Origin: Antedon mediterranea
Lineage: Eukaryota > Animalia > Echinodermata
Assembly: GCF_964355755.1 (NCBI RefSeq)
Contig: NC_092680.1
Coordinates: 17,555,045 to 17,619,044 of the forward strand
DNA: 64,000 nt
Reading direction: 5' to 3'
Positions within the stretch are counted from its first letter, which is position 1. Each line of letters opens with the position of its first letter. Made by a program: the position numbers and the translations under genes. Shown here piece after piece: positions 47,988 to 61,060 of the stretch. The notes beneath the pieces were generated by a model that ran no database searches, was not told where the DNA came from, and was given only the letters and a program-made list of their open reading frames with translations.

Positions 47988-50900
47988 TTTATTCTGGTAT
48001 GTATATCTTTTCTATAAACAAAGTGAAATCAGAGGATTTAAAAGTGAAACAAATAAGAAAAAATACATTAAAGGGCAATTGGATTTGGTGTGCTCCTTAT
48101 GAATTTACACTTATCTTGCTATATATTTTATTTGCTTGTTAGTTTTTTTAGCTTGAATTTACAAATTCATTGACAGCTGTTTCACGTTTTAGAAAAAGAA
48201 ATTGACAAAATGGGAAAGATAGGATGATTATCAAATAATTACGAATGTATCAATTTAGATATTGTTGATTATTATTATTTGCTCTTTCCTGGTAATACAA
48301 TACTGTAGTAGTGATTTTGACGATTTTCCCCTCTTGGTAAAACTTGTGAAAAATTGTACCTATTGCAGACTACTGCACATGCGCTGCTCCGAGATCTCAA
48401 TTTGTATTGAAAACATGAAATACTATTATGCTTTGATTGAACAATACAAAACACTTCTTTCATGAAATGGAAAGTATTTCCTGTTAATTTGTGCATGTAT
48501 TCTATAGTTTCAATAATATCAGATTATAAATATGATTACTTAGCATTTCCTTTTCAATATTCGTCCACAGCATAATGTTTATTTTTCTTGGGAAGGCTTG
48601 CTTGATTATTATAAGGTTTATCTATATAACCAACAGCTTCACCCAATGTATTTGTTCGTATTACATTATGTGTTTTTATTAGTGTTATTTCGTATCCACA
48701 GTATACTGTATAGCCTAAATTAATTGGTAGGCCTATATTCTATCCTATCCTACTTAGTGTAGGCCGCCTATTAAGTTCATACAGTATGTTTAGTAATTCG
48801 CTATGTAAGATAGATGTTAATTATGACATGACATTATGACAATGGTACAGTATTCAGCAAGCGTAGCTGTGTGGCTTAGTGGGCTTGTGAAGAGGATATA
48901 GATTAAGGGTTGCAGGTTTCGAACTTTACTTGACGTTTTTTTTTTATTAGTTTTTAATATTTAGGAACGAGTTTTATATTTAGGAACGATTTTTATATTC
49001 AGGAATGAGTTTTAGGAATGCAATTTTACCGTACCTTTAACAAACGGAATCCCCCTCTATAATTACTCTGCCTTTGGTTTTTAGAAGTATAAATACGGTA
49101 CCGTAATTTTAGCCACGGCGTATATTATTTCAACCACCCTTTTCTTCTGAATATATATATCAATAATATATTACGAAAGAAATACAATTATACTTCTTTC
49201 TTGTATTTAATTTAACACAAACATTTTAATACTGTCATCATACCAGGCCGAACGATAAACATTATGTACTTCCTTGTTGTACAGTAAGTCTATACCGGAT
49301 ATATTCACGGACCAACTAACACATCTATTTTAATAGGCCTACATATCTTTAAATAACCAGTCAATATCTCCCTGGACTAACTGGTCCATAATTCATAACT
49401 TAATTCAATGAAAGGTAATGAGAATACTTTACCGTTATGAAGATATTGTAGATCAATCTTCGCCTTTCTACTTTGTCACAAAACGTAAATAATATTCTGT
49501 TGCACTCAACCTGCTAAAATGACTGCGCCCTCTCCAGACGCAGTAACAAAAGAATACACATTTTATTAAAATAACTTAATAGATATTTTAAATAACAAAA
49601 CTAATTCAACTAATTTCTTCGTCAAAATGGTTTCCTTCACATGTAATTGGTCATGCTCTTATGGATATAATATACATATGCAGCATTTTTGGTTGTTTGT
49701 TTGATTATATGGTCATACCAGGGAAGATTGAAATCTTCTCTGGTCATACAACCCCGATACATCAGGTTCATACTATGTTTTGACGAGTGATGTTTTAGGC
49801 ATTTTCCGAAAAAATCTCTGTACTAAGTACAGGGATTTTTCTGGTTTTATGAAACAATAACTGTAGGACTTTGAACAGAAGCTATAAATAGAAATCATTG
49901 CTTGTTTGTTTGTAAACTTTTATTTACATGTTCATTTGACTCAATTTTTCTTGATAACATTAAAATTAGGCATCGACATGTTAATACATTTTTTTTTTCA
50001 TTCATTTAAAAGTTAAAACTGATTCCGTCAAGTACTGTCTTCCTGGAAGATTTAAGAGGTTATGGAACAACCGGTGGGGATAGAAGATTCGTTAGTTTGT
50101 GACAGCTGGCTTACCTTCAAGAATACATTAAAACTTCATTTTAATCTTTCTCGATAATAGAAAAATTCATTATTATTATTTAATAACATTTATTGTATCT
50201 TTTACTGGATGTGTAATAATTTAAAACTACATTTGAACCTTTTTCGATCATGGAACAATTCATTTTCGTCATTATTATTATTTAATAACATTTATTGTAT
50301 CTTTTACTGGATGTGTAAAACTAATTTAAATCGTAAATAGAATTTGAAATAGTTTGTTATTATATAAAAATTTAAATTAATTAATAAACAAAAACTTCGA
50401 GAGAGGGCGTATATAATTAGGATCCAAGTTAAACGAACTTCCAAAGATGGAACCCAGTCAGCGGGTATAGAATTACCTAAACAACGCTGTAGACGTCAAC
50501 TCTTAATGTTTCCGATGTCTTTAATATACATCACACATGGCTAGGAATTGTGATGGAAATAGCAGGTGTGGTAGTGATCGTCACCAGACTGTATTCCATG
50601 GTGACCATCCGCAGAAGGCGATGACGGGAAACAAGTCAAGGTGGAGCAAAAGGCGAATGGTGGGAAGCAAGTAAAAGTGGAGCAAAAGGCGAAGGAAAGA
50701 GACAAAGTTAGTGGTGTGCTAAAATTTCTTTAGCAAAAATATATTTAGAAGACCATCCTAACACTTTCATAAAAACCTACATTATACTAGACGACCAAAG
50801 CAATCGCTCGTTGTGTCCAAGATTCGACCTTTTTAACATAAATGCAAGACTTACGTCGTGTACTTTGAAGACCTGTTCGGGAGCAGCTGAAGTTTAAGGC

Positions 50901-51029
50901 CGAAAGCTGGAGATGCTGATAATTGAGTTCATGGATAACAAAAAAAGAATAACAGTACCATCGCTACTTGAATGTAATGACATACCTTGGAACAATACAA
51001 GGCAGAAAGGCACTTTAACAAGCAGTTCA

Positions 51030-52620
51030 AAATGTTCTGCCCATACGAGTATACACTTCTAAACCACTGGTCATAGCGGAACGTTTTCGTTTCCATAAAC
51101 GCGATCAGCTAGGGGGAGTCTATCACAGCCTGGCTACCTAGCAGAACTCAGGAGACTGGCAGCACAATGTGATTTAGGTACCCAACTCACATAAACACTT
51201 AGAGATAGGTTAGTCTGTGGATTAGTAAATTCTAAGATACGGAAACGCTTACTAGCAGAAGCTAAATTAACACTCGAAAAGGCTGTTTAAGTAGCTGTAG
51301 CAATGGACACAGCTGTAGTGGACACAGCACAATTGCAAAATCATATCAAACTAGTGTTGAACTCGGGTTATTGTACATAGCATGGAATCGAACATATTTA
51401 GCACATACCCACAGTTATTCCAAGGTATCGGAAAGATTTAAAAAAATTAAACTTCACATTGACATAGAACCAAAAACACAGAATTTGAGAACAATACCTT
51501 TTCATGTACGAAACGACGTCGACATTGAGATCCAACGACTGCTGGGTGAAGGTGTCATAGGACCGATGGAAGTACCGACACCATGGGTCTCTCCCATCGT
51601 TACTCCACCTAAGAAAAATGGAAGCGTAAGAATCTGCGTCGATATGAGAGAAGCTAATAAAGCAATCAAAAGGGAAAGGTACCGTACACTATGCCAACAA
51701 TTGGTGAATTAATAAACGAGACAAACGGTGCAACAGTCTTCAGTACTCTTGATTTAAGTGCTGGATACCATCAATTCGAACTCGAGGAAGACAGCAAATC
51801 AATCACTGTTTTTACAACAAACAGAGGACTCTACCGCTATAAGAGGCTCATGTTCGGTGTGAATGCGGCAAGCGAAAAGTTTCAGAAAGCTGTACGACAA
51901 ATTGTAGTCGGATTATCAGGTGTCATTAACATTTCTGACGACATAATTGTGTTCGGTAAAACACAATGCGAACACGATGACAATCTCCAAAAAGTGATTC
52001 AGCGATTGTTAGACTGTAACCCACGACTCAATCGCGAAAAATGCCAAATATCTCAACAAAAAGTAACATACTTCGGACATGTATTCTCCGCAAAAGGAAT
52101 CAGTCCAGACCCAACAAAATATCAAGGACACTAAGGTACCCTCTAACGCGAGTGAAATGCGCTCATTTTTGAGACGGACACAATACGTTTCTCGATTTAT
52201 ACAAAGCTATGCATCCATTACCGCTCCATTACGCGAGTTTAAAAAAAAAGAAACTCCATTTGTATGATCAGAATGCGGCATTCAACAGGCTAGAAGACGC
52301 ACTTACCAGTGACACGACGATGACATATTACGATGCAACCAAATCATCTGTAGTAATACTGTACGCGATTTAAAGTATATTTACCGATCAAAAACCGCTG
52401 GTACCAATATTTAACAGTACATATTTGAAGTAAGCGGAATAAATAGCCCAGCAGATTATCTGTTCAGGTACCATACGCATACTAGAGGTAAAACGATGAC
52501 GGGCCAGTATGTTCGCTATATACAGTATGCAGCAACGCTATAAAACAGCGATGACGCTTGAACACGTCAGAAACACCATGAAACGCGATAGCATCCTATC
52601 TCTGGTGATATCCAGGCATG
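51030..52620 (+). mobile_element. Nested degenerate Ty3/Gypsy gag-pol fragment
   Basis: Gag IAERFRFHKRDQ...LRDRLVCG...RKRLL; RT PWVSPIV.PPKKNGSVRICVDMR, FSTLDLSAGYHQ, RLMFGVNAASEKFQ, ISDDIIV. Confidence 0.85.
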
Positions 52621-54638
52621 TTTCATCAAGTATACCTTCGTTCAGAAAACAAACCATTACTAAGGTTTATCTAGAGGAATTGCGACGAAAATTTAGAACC
52701 CACGATTTATCATGATCCGTACTCATATTCGGGTCTACATGCAGTCTCTGTTGTGCAACTTATGCCTTCCAGAGTCTCATTGATGGAAACTGTACAACTG
52801 ATCCTGGAATTAAATGATCTGTGTTAAAAGCCTTCTATGTCGATAATTGCTTCGAACAAACTCCTTCCAAAATGTACATGGAACGCAATGATAGATAACA
52901 GTGAATGTTCCAATACCAGCTGAAGACGTTAGCCACATAATTGAGCAGCTTCTCCGAAATTCAAAAGATGCTCATATAATACCAGTCCAATTGAAAAGAA
53001 TGAAAAAGATAAAAACCAAGAGTTCATTGATTGCAAAAAAACTCATACCTTGAAGAATAAGTTTCACAATCCTTATTATCAAAATGTCAATGCTGATGTT
53101 CAAGAATTATGGAGGGAAGAAGGCTGTTAAGGGAAATGACAAAAGATCAGTGTATAGATTGGGATGAGCCGGCCATTACCAAAACAGCTTCTAAATTCAT
53201 GGCAAAAGTGGCGAAGCTCCATAGTTCAACTGTTCGTATATCTCGTCCTTATACATCATTTCCATCAAAACAGTCCATCCACAAATTCTCCGATGCCTCT
53301 AACGCTGTGTCAGAAGTCGCATTTTTACACCAATAGCAAGGTGGTTCTCGGTTATATCACAAATAAAACCTGTATGTTCTACATGTACGTGGAAACAGAG
53401 TGGATCAGATTCTTCAGTCGACCAAACCAGAAAAATGGAAATACTTTAAAACAGACATAAACCAAGCCGATCAAGCTACAAGATTCATCAAGGCTAAAGA
53501 CTTACAGAACTCGGCATTGATTCAAGGACCAAGATTCCTGCTTAATAAGAACTCATGTGAGAAAAACATAACTATCTGGGACATCAATGAAATTGAAGAG
53601 GATCCCGAAGTAAGACCTGTCGTAGCTACCAGTGCTACAGAAGTTCAGCCAAATCACTGGGGTCCCAGCGGTTTAGCAGATTTTCGAATTGGGTAAATCT
53701 TATGCGAGCAGTTGGAAGTCTTGTGCATATTGCTTGTACATTCACAAAAACCGAGAAAGAAGACTGTAGTCGGTGGCATGTATGCATGATTCCACCACCC
53801 GTATTGATCAAGGCAAAGTTTGAAGAATTCACAGCTGAAATGAATCACCTGAAGAATGAGAAACATCTTCACAAGATCGCTAGTAACGCTTTCTATTTGG
53901 ATAACGTAGGAGTCCTGCGAGTTCGAGGACGTTTAGGAATTGGACTAGCCGAAGAAGGAGAGCGCATCCTGATTCTTCCCAAACATCACCATGTCATAAC
54001 ATTAATCATCCACCACTACCACCAACAAGTTCAACATCAAGGCAGACATCTTACTCATGGTAAATACGCAGTGAAGGTTTCTGGATGATGAGTGGCAAGA
54101 GATTAATCTCAAAGGAGCTCGGAAAGTGTGTAGTTTGCAAGATGCGGAGAGGATAGTAAGAGACGCAGATAATGGCTGATCTACCTAAGGAACGCTTAAC
54201 ATCAGCTTCCCTATTTACATAGTTGGGCTTCGGTCTTGGGATGGTACGAACACGACGCACGAGTTGGGAACATATGATTGGAGTAGAAAGGAAGATTACA
54301 TTTCAGAACAGTGGCAACAGGAAAAGATGAATGTAAAGGAAGGAGATATTGTTCTTCTAAAGGAGAAAGACATCGTCAGAAATGATTAGCCTATGGGACG
54401 AATCGTTAAAGCAATTGAAGGATCAGACGAACGGGTTAGGAGAGTGGAATCGACTGTCTACAGAGGTGGAGAACTGAAAACCTTTTCAAGACCGATCAGT
54501 CAATTGGTGCGGATAATGCCAACTCGTTAAGTTACATCGAACATAATATTATTATAATGATTATTATGTAATATTCCTTTTATTTTTATTTTTCAGCTCT
54601 TTGATATAAATGGTATCCTTAAGATACCATACGGGGAG

Positions 54639-54931
54639 TGTGTTGATCCTATTTTTAGAGAGGGCGTCTATAATTAGGATCGAAGTTTATAAGTTTCAAT
54701 TTAACGACATGTTTTCTAGAGTTCGGCTTCTAAATGTCTTATTGTGCCGAGGTCCTGTTTAATTTACTAATCTAGTAGGCCGAACATTGCTTTTCATCCT
54801 GTTAACGGCTGAATGTGCTGTATTAAAAGAGTCAGTCAACAAGTGATTGTGCTGCAGTATTTTTTTTTTCGTGGATTGGGTTTCTCTAATGAATAGCGCG
54901 GTTGACGGTTCAAGCTTGTGAGGTCAGCACA
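54639..54931 (+). repeat. 3' LTR of the BEL/Pao element
   Basis: TG...CA bounded, directly after the polypurine tract, and contains ATTAAA. The right boundary is approximate. Confidence 0.65.
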
Positions 54932-55442
54932 ATACCCATTTTGTTCAATTTTTGTGATTTAACGGCAAACAAATTTTATTTATCAAACATACGGTAAATG
55001 TTATTAGATAGGTATAATATAACTCGAATTTTAAGTTTCTGATGTTTTTATTCAACTTCAGATTTTTATTTTCGTGCTATATATATATCCATTTTTTTCA
55101 CTTGCTAGGGAGTCACCAGACATGTTATTACATTAGGTTAAACTACCTAATTACTGAACAAAAAGTCTATCTATTTATGGTTTTTATAGCAGAATTTTTC
55201 CTTGAAACTTTCTATTGTGTTGTTTGCTTGTTTGTTTGCAGACAGGAATAAAATAAAAATGTTTACCTGGAAAAAAAGGTTGGGCACAATATGCAATAGG
55301 ACTTAAGAAAGTAACAAGGTAGATGGAAAGATAGATTTTAATTAATTATAATAAACCATGATATTATAAATATTTTTATGTTGATATTTTATTACCTTTT
55401 ACTTTCTTTGTTTTACAAGAAATTTTACATCTTGGTGGTTGA

Positions 55443-56175
55443 CATTTTTCGTCTTCTTGGACACTGGTGGCGTGTCATCTAGTTGACCCAACTGGCTTAC
55501 ATCATCATTACAGTTGGCTCTTTTAGAAGCCCTGACGAACTTTGTTGATTTTCAAGTGCTGTTGGATGGGCATCACTTCCATCACATTCACTTTCTTTGT
55601 CAAAATCATTTTCGATATGTTTTCGATTTTTCGTCTTCTTGGACACTGGTGGCGTGTCATTTAGTTGACCCAACTGGCTTACATCATCATTACAGTTGGC
55701 TCTTTTAGAAGCCCTGACGAACTTTGTTGATTTTCAAGTGCTGTTGGATGGGCATCACTTCCATCACATTCACTTTCTTTGTCAAAATCATTTTCGATAG
55801 GTTTTCGATTTTTCGTCTTCTTGGACACTGGTGGCGTGTCATCTAGTTGACTCAACTGGCTTACATCATCATTGCAGTTGGCTCTTTTTGAAGCCCCTGA
55901 CGAACTTTGTTGGTTTTCAAGTGCTGTTGGATGGGCATCATTTCCATCACATTCACTTTCTTTGTCAAAATCATTTTCGATAGGATTTCGATTTTTCGTC
56001 TTCTTGGACACTGGTGGCGTGTCATCTAGTTGACCCAACTGGCTTACATCATCATTGCAGTTGGCTCTTTTTGAAGCCCCTGACGAACTTTGTTGGTTTT
56101 CAAGTGCTGTTGGATTGGCATCATTTCCATCACATTCACTTTCTTTGTCAAAATCATTTTCGATAGGATCTCGAT
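55443..56175 (-). repeat. Coding tandem repeat, 183 bp (61 aa) x4, in the last transposase exon
   Basis: Unit NRDPIENDFDKESECDGNDANPTALENQQSSSGASKRANCNDDVSQLGQLDDTPPVSKKTK. The two distal units have a 1-bp deletion (gaagccctga vs gaagcccctga). Confidence 0.95.
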
Positions 56176-56961
56176 TCAAATGACCAGATAACAAGAACTC
56201 TCCTTCGCTGACATAGTTCTCTAGAAGGAATTCTCCCAGATCTATGAATGAGTTGACTGTGAAAAAAAAATGTTAGAAGAGTTTGTTGCCATTAAATTAC
56301 ATTACCTTTAAAATGCAAAAAAACGAACAAAAAAAAAAACAATTTTAATAGATGAATGCAATGTAAAATTTGTGAATTCTTAGATTCACGAGAATTATGC
56401 TACTTGATGTATCTAAAAACACTAATTAATGCAAGTAGAGGAAAAGTGAGAAAATACCTTCATACCTGTTAAACGCAAGCCAAACAGCGTTTCTGAACTG
56501 AGTAACATTTTGTTTTTAGTGGCCTTGCATTCGTTAAGCAGATTCACTTGTTCCTCCCATTTATCAAGAAATCCAAGAAATTCCTCCTTCAGCCACTAAG
56601 AATAAAAAAGGTTTTGTAAATAAAAAACCAATAAAATCCAACAGCATGGTAAATTTATTATATAGTACTGCAACCCACAAAATTGATTTGATTACAAACC
56701 TTAAATCTCCAGTCAACTTTGGTTCTATAAGGCTCCAACTCTGGTTTATCTTGGTCCTCAGATGGGAGTTTCCTGACATTCAGGCAGTCAAAAAACTTGT
56801 CAACCATACGGATGAATGCAATTGTAGATGAATGACTTGTGCCAGTATTTTCGTCCATTGACTCCATAGCATTAGCCATTGAAGTGCTTAAGACCTTGAA
56901 AGAAGTGATAACATTGTCTTAGTTTAAAAAACTTAACCTACTTTTCCACAGTGACAATACA

Positions 56962-57285
56962 GTGATTGGCCGAGCGGTTAAGACAGGGCAACCATAACCA
57001 TAATCTACATCCACAATATATTGACATGGGTTCAAGGCTCATTCGCTCCAACGGTTCTGGTGGTAGAAGTCTATTATCTGGAACACAAAATGTTTGTGTG
57101 CATTTTAAAGTGTAGGGGTTACCTCATTTTGCTTATTCACACACAGACTGTCATGAACAGAGGGAACGCCATAGTTGGCTGCACCTACAAGATATGACAC
57201 TTAAGGGAGAATGATGTAGAAAAATCTTTGAACGTGTTTATTCATAGAAAGTGTGTTATAAGAATGTGTTGTTATTATTTTTAAA
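56962..57285 (+). mobile_element. tRNA-derived SINE in a transposase intron
   Basis: A box TGGCCGAGCGG, B-box-like GGTTCAAG, and a (tgt/tat)n tail. Confidence 0.6.
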
Positions 57286-60200
57286 TACCAATGTTCCTTA
57301 CCTGTGTTGCAAGGTCAACTCGCATTCGCAAACTTGGTGTTAGATTGAGGTGTTCTTTCTTTATTTTATCAAGTTTGCTCAATCCAGGCTCAGAACCTCT
57401 ATCCCACTCAACAGTGTCTTTAAAATCTTTCCATATAATCAGCTGACTATTGAACTTTTAAATACAAATAAAACATTGGCACAGTTATAATACACTAACA
57501 ACTATACTTGCTCCTTATTGTAAATTTAGTCATTTATAAATGTAGTGGTTTCTTACATATAGATTCCGTGTTTGGTTGTTGCTTCCAGAGTTTTCAACAT
57601 CATTCCGGATGGTCTTCAATAGATTAGGGACGTCAGAGAAAAAGTATATCTTTCTACTTGAATCCACAGGGTTGACCATGTAGTGCTTATTACCATCTAG
57701 AGCAGAAATCTTAAACAGATTTCTAAATGATGGTGATCCATCTCCAATAATGCCATGGACCAAAAATCCAGCAGCTTCAACCTTGTCAATCACTTCCTTC
57801 ATAATTTGGTAAAGTTGCGAACCTTTCAGACTATCTGTTGTAAAGAATCCCACAGAAACGTTCATGTCGGAGAAAATGCCTCTCATCATCACCATAAGCA
57901 TATGTGTAGCTAACTGTTCTTCCTGTTAAAACGAAAATGCATTATATACACGTTATTTTGAATTTGATTCATCCACCTATTCCTAACAGATCTTTGCGAT
58001 CAAGTTCACAATCTCTACTCGTTCATTCCATCTACCTGTCAATAAACAAAGAATTATGGCTTTCGTTCTTTTTCTTGGGCCTCTGTTGTCCTTTAAAACG
58101 ACTTACTAATCTCTATCCGTCAAGCTATTTCAATCGCTTATTTTAAGGCACTTCTGAAAACTAATTTCCTTTTATTTTATTCGTTAACGCATTCAGGCCT
58201 TCCATAATGCGCTATATAAGCCACATTTATTATCATTTCTCATAATAACCAACTGTATGCATCATAATAAAAAATTCTGTTGTCTGATATCTAAAATATA
58301 CCTTTTGGCAAAATAGAAAATTAAAATGATGATTTATATTCACTTATATTGTACCTTTCCATTGGATTTTCTTTCCAACTCCGATATCTCATTTGAAAGA
58401 TCGCCAATATCTGAAAATCCCACCAGATTTCCGGTGAATTTCGAAAATTCTGGACCGCTTTCTATTTTCACTTCATCAATTAGCAATGCGACGTGTTCCT
58501 GAAGCCGTTTTCCAAGCCATATTTGTGCCTCATTGCATAAAACGTCTGGATTAATTCCTCCTTTTACCTCACCAAACTGTGTGTAGTTCAACAGTGTCTG
58601 AGGATGGGGCAATTTTAACATCTGGCTATCTCTGATAAACTTGTACGCCACTGAGGACTTTGAATGTAAGGCAATACAAAACTGCACGATAGTTGGATGC
58701 CAGCGCATGCCACTGCCGGATTTATTTGACTTGACCTGCTGATCATATAGCAGTCTAGCTGGTGATCCTTCCGGAAGTTCAGAAGCAGGATTTGGAATGC
58801 GGTCTTCAACCCCAGCAACTGTGCCAGCCAACAATTCTGCACTTTCTCTATTCATCAATTCCTCAATTCTTTTCTGCTGAGATACCACTAACTTTTTAGC
58901 AGCAGTCAGTTCCTTCACAGTTTCACTTATCTTCAATTTTAATTCATTTCTTGTCAAACTATCATTTGGAGCCGATTTTCCTCTTCCGTCTTTTCTTCCT
59001 TTCATTCTTCTTCTCAACCGAGTTAGATTATCCCTGAAAAAATAATATTCATGTATAATTTGTTTTGTTTAGAATTTTAGTGTTGATTTCTAAAATCAAA
59101 GTTTAAAGTATTAATTAATATAATTGATGACATTACCTTGAGTCTTTGCATCGCAAACAGCGTATTGAATTTTGATCAATCAATAAGTAGCAAAGTTTGT
59201 TGCGAACAGTCTTGTACTGTTCGGAATATATATCGTTACTTGTAATGTGGATAGGAATCATTTCTCCACCTTTTGCCTCAACAATGTCTTGAAAATCGGT
59301 ATTTCCTTGACAAACAGCATGGTTATCAATAAAACTTATCAACGCTGTCATCATGTCTATTGTTAGAATTTCTGGGTATTCATTAATTTCCTTTGGTAAT
59401 CCAAAAACGCTCAAATTCCATTTTCCATCATAACATATTTTAAGTCTAGTACTAATCTCGTCATCAAGAAACCAGAGAACTTGCAGGAAATTATTAGACT
59501 TTTGAAGAACAACAAGGTCAATACCTTTAACAAATTTAGCAACCTTGTCCAAAGACAATTTGTTGACATTATCGTTTAGCTGTAGTGTAAATAAAACATT
59601 TAGAAAAGATTCAAATTTATCAAGCAAAAAAGTGATAGTGGAATGGACATAAAGACCACTTTTTCAGATATTTACTGTCCATATATGAACATGATGTCAT
59701 ATCACTACCATATTTGGGCACATCACTACCATATTTGGGCACATCACACTTTTTTGGTAAAACTAGTTTGAGCTTAAGGCCTACCTCAATTGTACATTTC
59801 TTTCTGTATCTGGACTTTTTGCAATTCAACAATTTCTCTTTACATTTACTGCATATGAATTGCCTTTCATCATTTTCATCGCTGACATCAAATCCAAATA
59901 TAGTTTTAATCTCAATTATAAATCTTTCTTTTTTTTGAGAATTTAAACTTCGTTTACAATCTGTAGATAACTTCAAATCGCCACACAGTCTGCAAGGTTC
60001 AGAAGGTTGTGATGCCATAATGTTCGACTAAAACTAAGAAAGGAAAGATTAAGATAGATGGGCAGTGCTTCAATAAAACAAGTTTTACATTTTCAGTTCA
60101 GACATTTTATTGCTAGGCCTAGGCCCTGACTGAATCATGCCATAGGGTCTATTACAAGATGATACTGTAAGTAACTATCCCGAGATAATCATGCAGTTTG

Positions 60201-60949
60201 GTTTACCCAAGGGCAAGGCTATCAATCATTTAAAACAATTCATACATATAGCGTATCTCTAATCACAGTCACTATATATGCAACGTCCTTCTTGACGACA
60301 TGTACCACATCTTAACTAAATAATGCAACGGAGCTATCTTCATTGAAACTTGAATAATGTCAACGTCATTTCAAGATATTTACCAATGATTTAATTAGCT
60401 GCTCTGCTCTTCAATTCGAAAGAATTGAACTCATAAATTGGAAATGAAGTCAGTGAATGTGATAAAATTAAAGTAAGTTGTTGATCCTTCTTTGTTTGAC
60501 ACCAGTCTCAGTCCTTTCTAACTATTAAACTTAACTAGGCCTTGCCTAGACTCTAGGCGAGTATCCGAGTGAGGTAGGCCGGCCTAGGCTAGCCCTATAT
60601 ATTATACCTAACCCCTCTACCGGCGCTACCTTATAGTAGGCTAGCCTAGCCGGCCTAGGCTAGGCCTAGTTAGCCTGAAAGTTGTTTTTATTCTAAATGG
60701 ACATAAATAAAATCAACTATAACAATTCAATAGATATTATCCTTTTCTACCATACAATAACATATTTATTAATGCTGGAATAAACAAGGCTAGGGCTAGG
60801 CCTAGGCCTATGGGTGGCCCGGACTTACCGTTTACCTCCACCGACCGTTCTTCTTCTTCGGGCCGGCCCGCCCGCGCCCGCTGCGATAATTGCTAGGCCT
60901 CCTCCACTCCAAGGCGGCAGCACAAAATTATTCCAGAAAATCTGGTACT

Positions 60950-61060
60950 ACAGGGGGCGGTATATGGCTCTGCAAATTAGCAGCAGAGCCATTATAATAA
61001 TGGCTCTGTAAATTAGCAGAGCCATTATAATAATGGCTCTGTAAATTAGCAGTAAATTAG
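60950..61060. mobile_element. P-like element terminus followed by stacked excision footprints
   Basis: ...tatATGGCTCTG|caaattag|cag|CAGAGCCATtataataATGGCTCTG|taaattag|CAGAGCCATtataataATGGCTCTG|taaattag|cag|taaattag. Confidence 0.65.

Larger units (their letters stand above)
50399..54931 (+). mobile_element. Degenerate BEL/Pao LTR retrotransposon
   Basis: Protease IILDDQSNRSL (~50781), RT FYVDN (~52833), RNase H HKFSDAS, NQADQATR, integrase zinc finger HHYHQQVQHQG..C..C, QIMADLP and GDIVLLKE...PMGRIV. A PPT ggggag precedes TG at 54639. The LTR segment gagagggcgt.tataattaggatc occurs at 50401 and 54658. Confidence 0.85.
55420..60018 (-). pseudogene. Spliced P-element/THAP9-like transposase gene (disrupted). 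Exons approx. 60018-59137, 59033-58355, 57922-57557, 57454-57302, 56894-56700, 56595-56466, 56256-55420
   Basis: GMRWHP...AYKFIR...LPHPQTL, LLIDEVKI, IIGDG, FFSDVPNLLKTIRN, MRVDLATQ|VLS and RDPIENDF are P-transposase motifs. N-terminal CxxC...CxxC zinc fingers are present, and GT-AG boundaries join the motifs in order. It is interrupted by an insertion at ~59626-59770. Confidence 0.8.

Noticed and set aside
60530-60810. Dense TAGGCCTA/CTAGG palindromes (also ~20480-20570) as a regulatory array
   Set aside because: This low-complexity motif is scattered throughout the window with no consistent spacing; no function can be supported.
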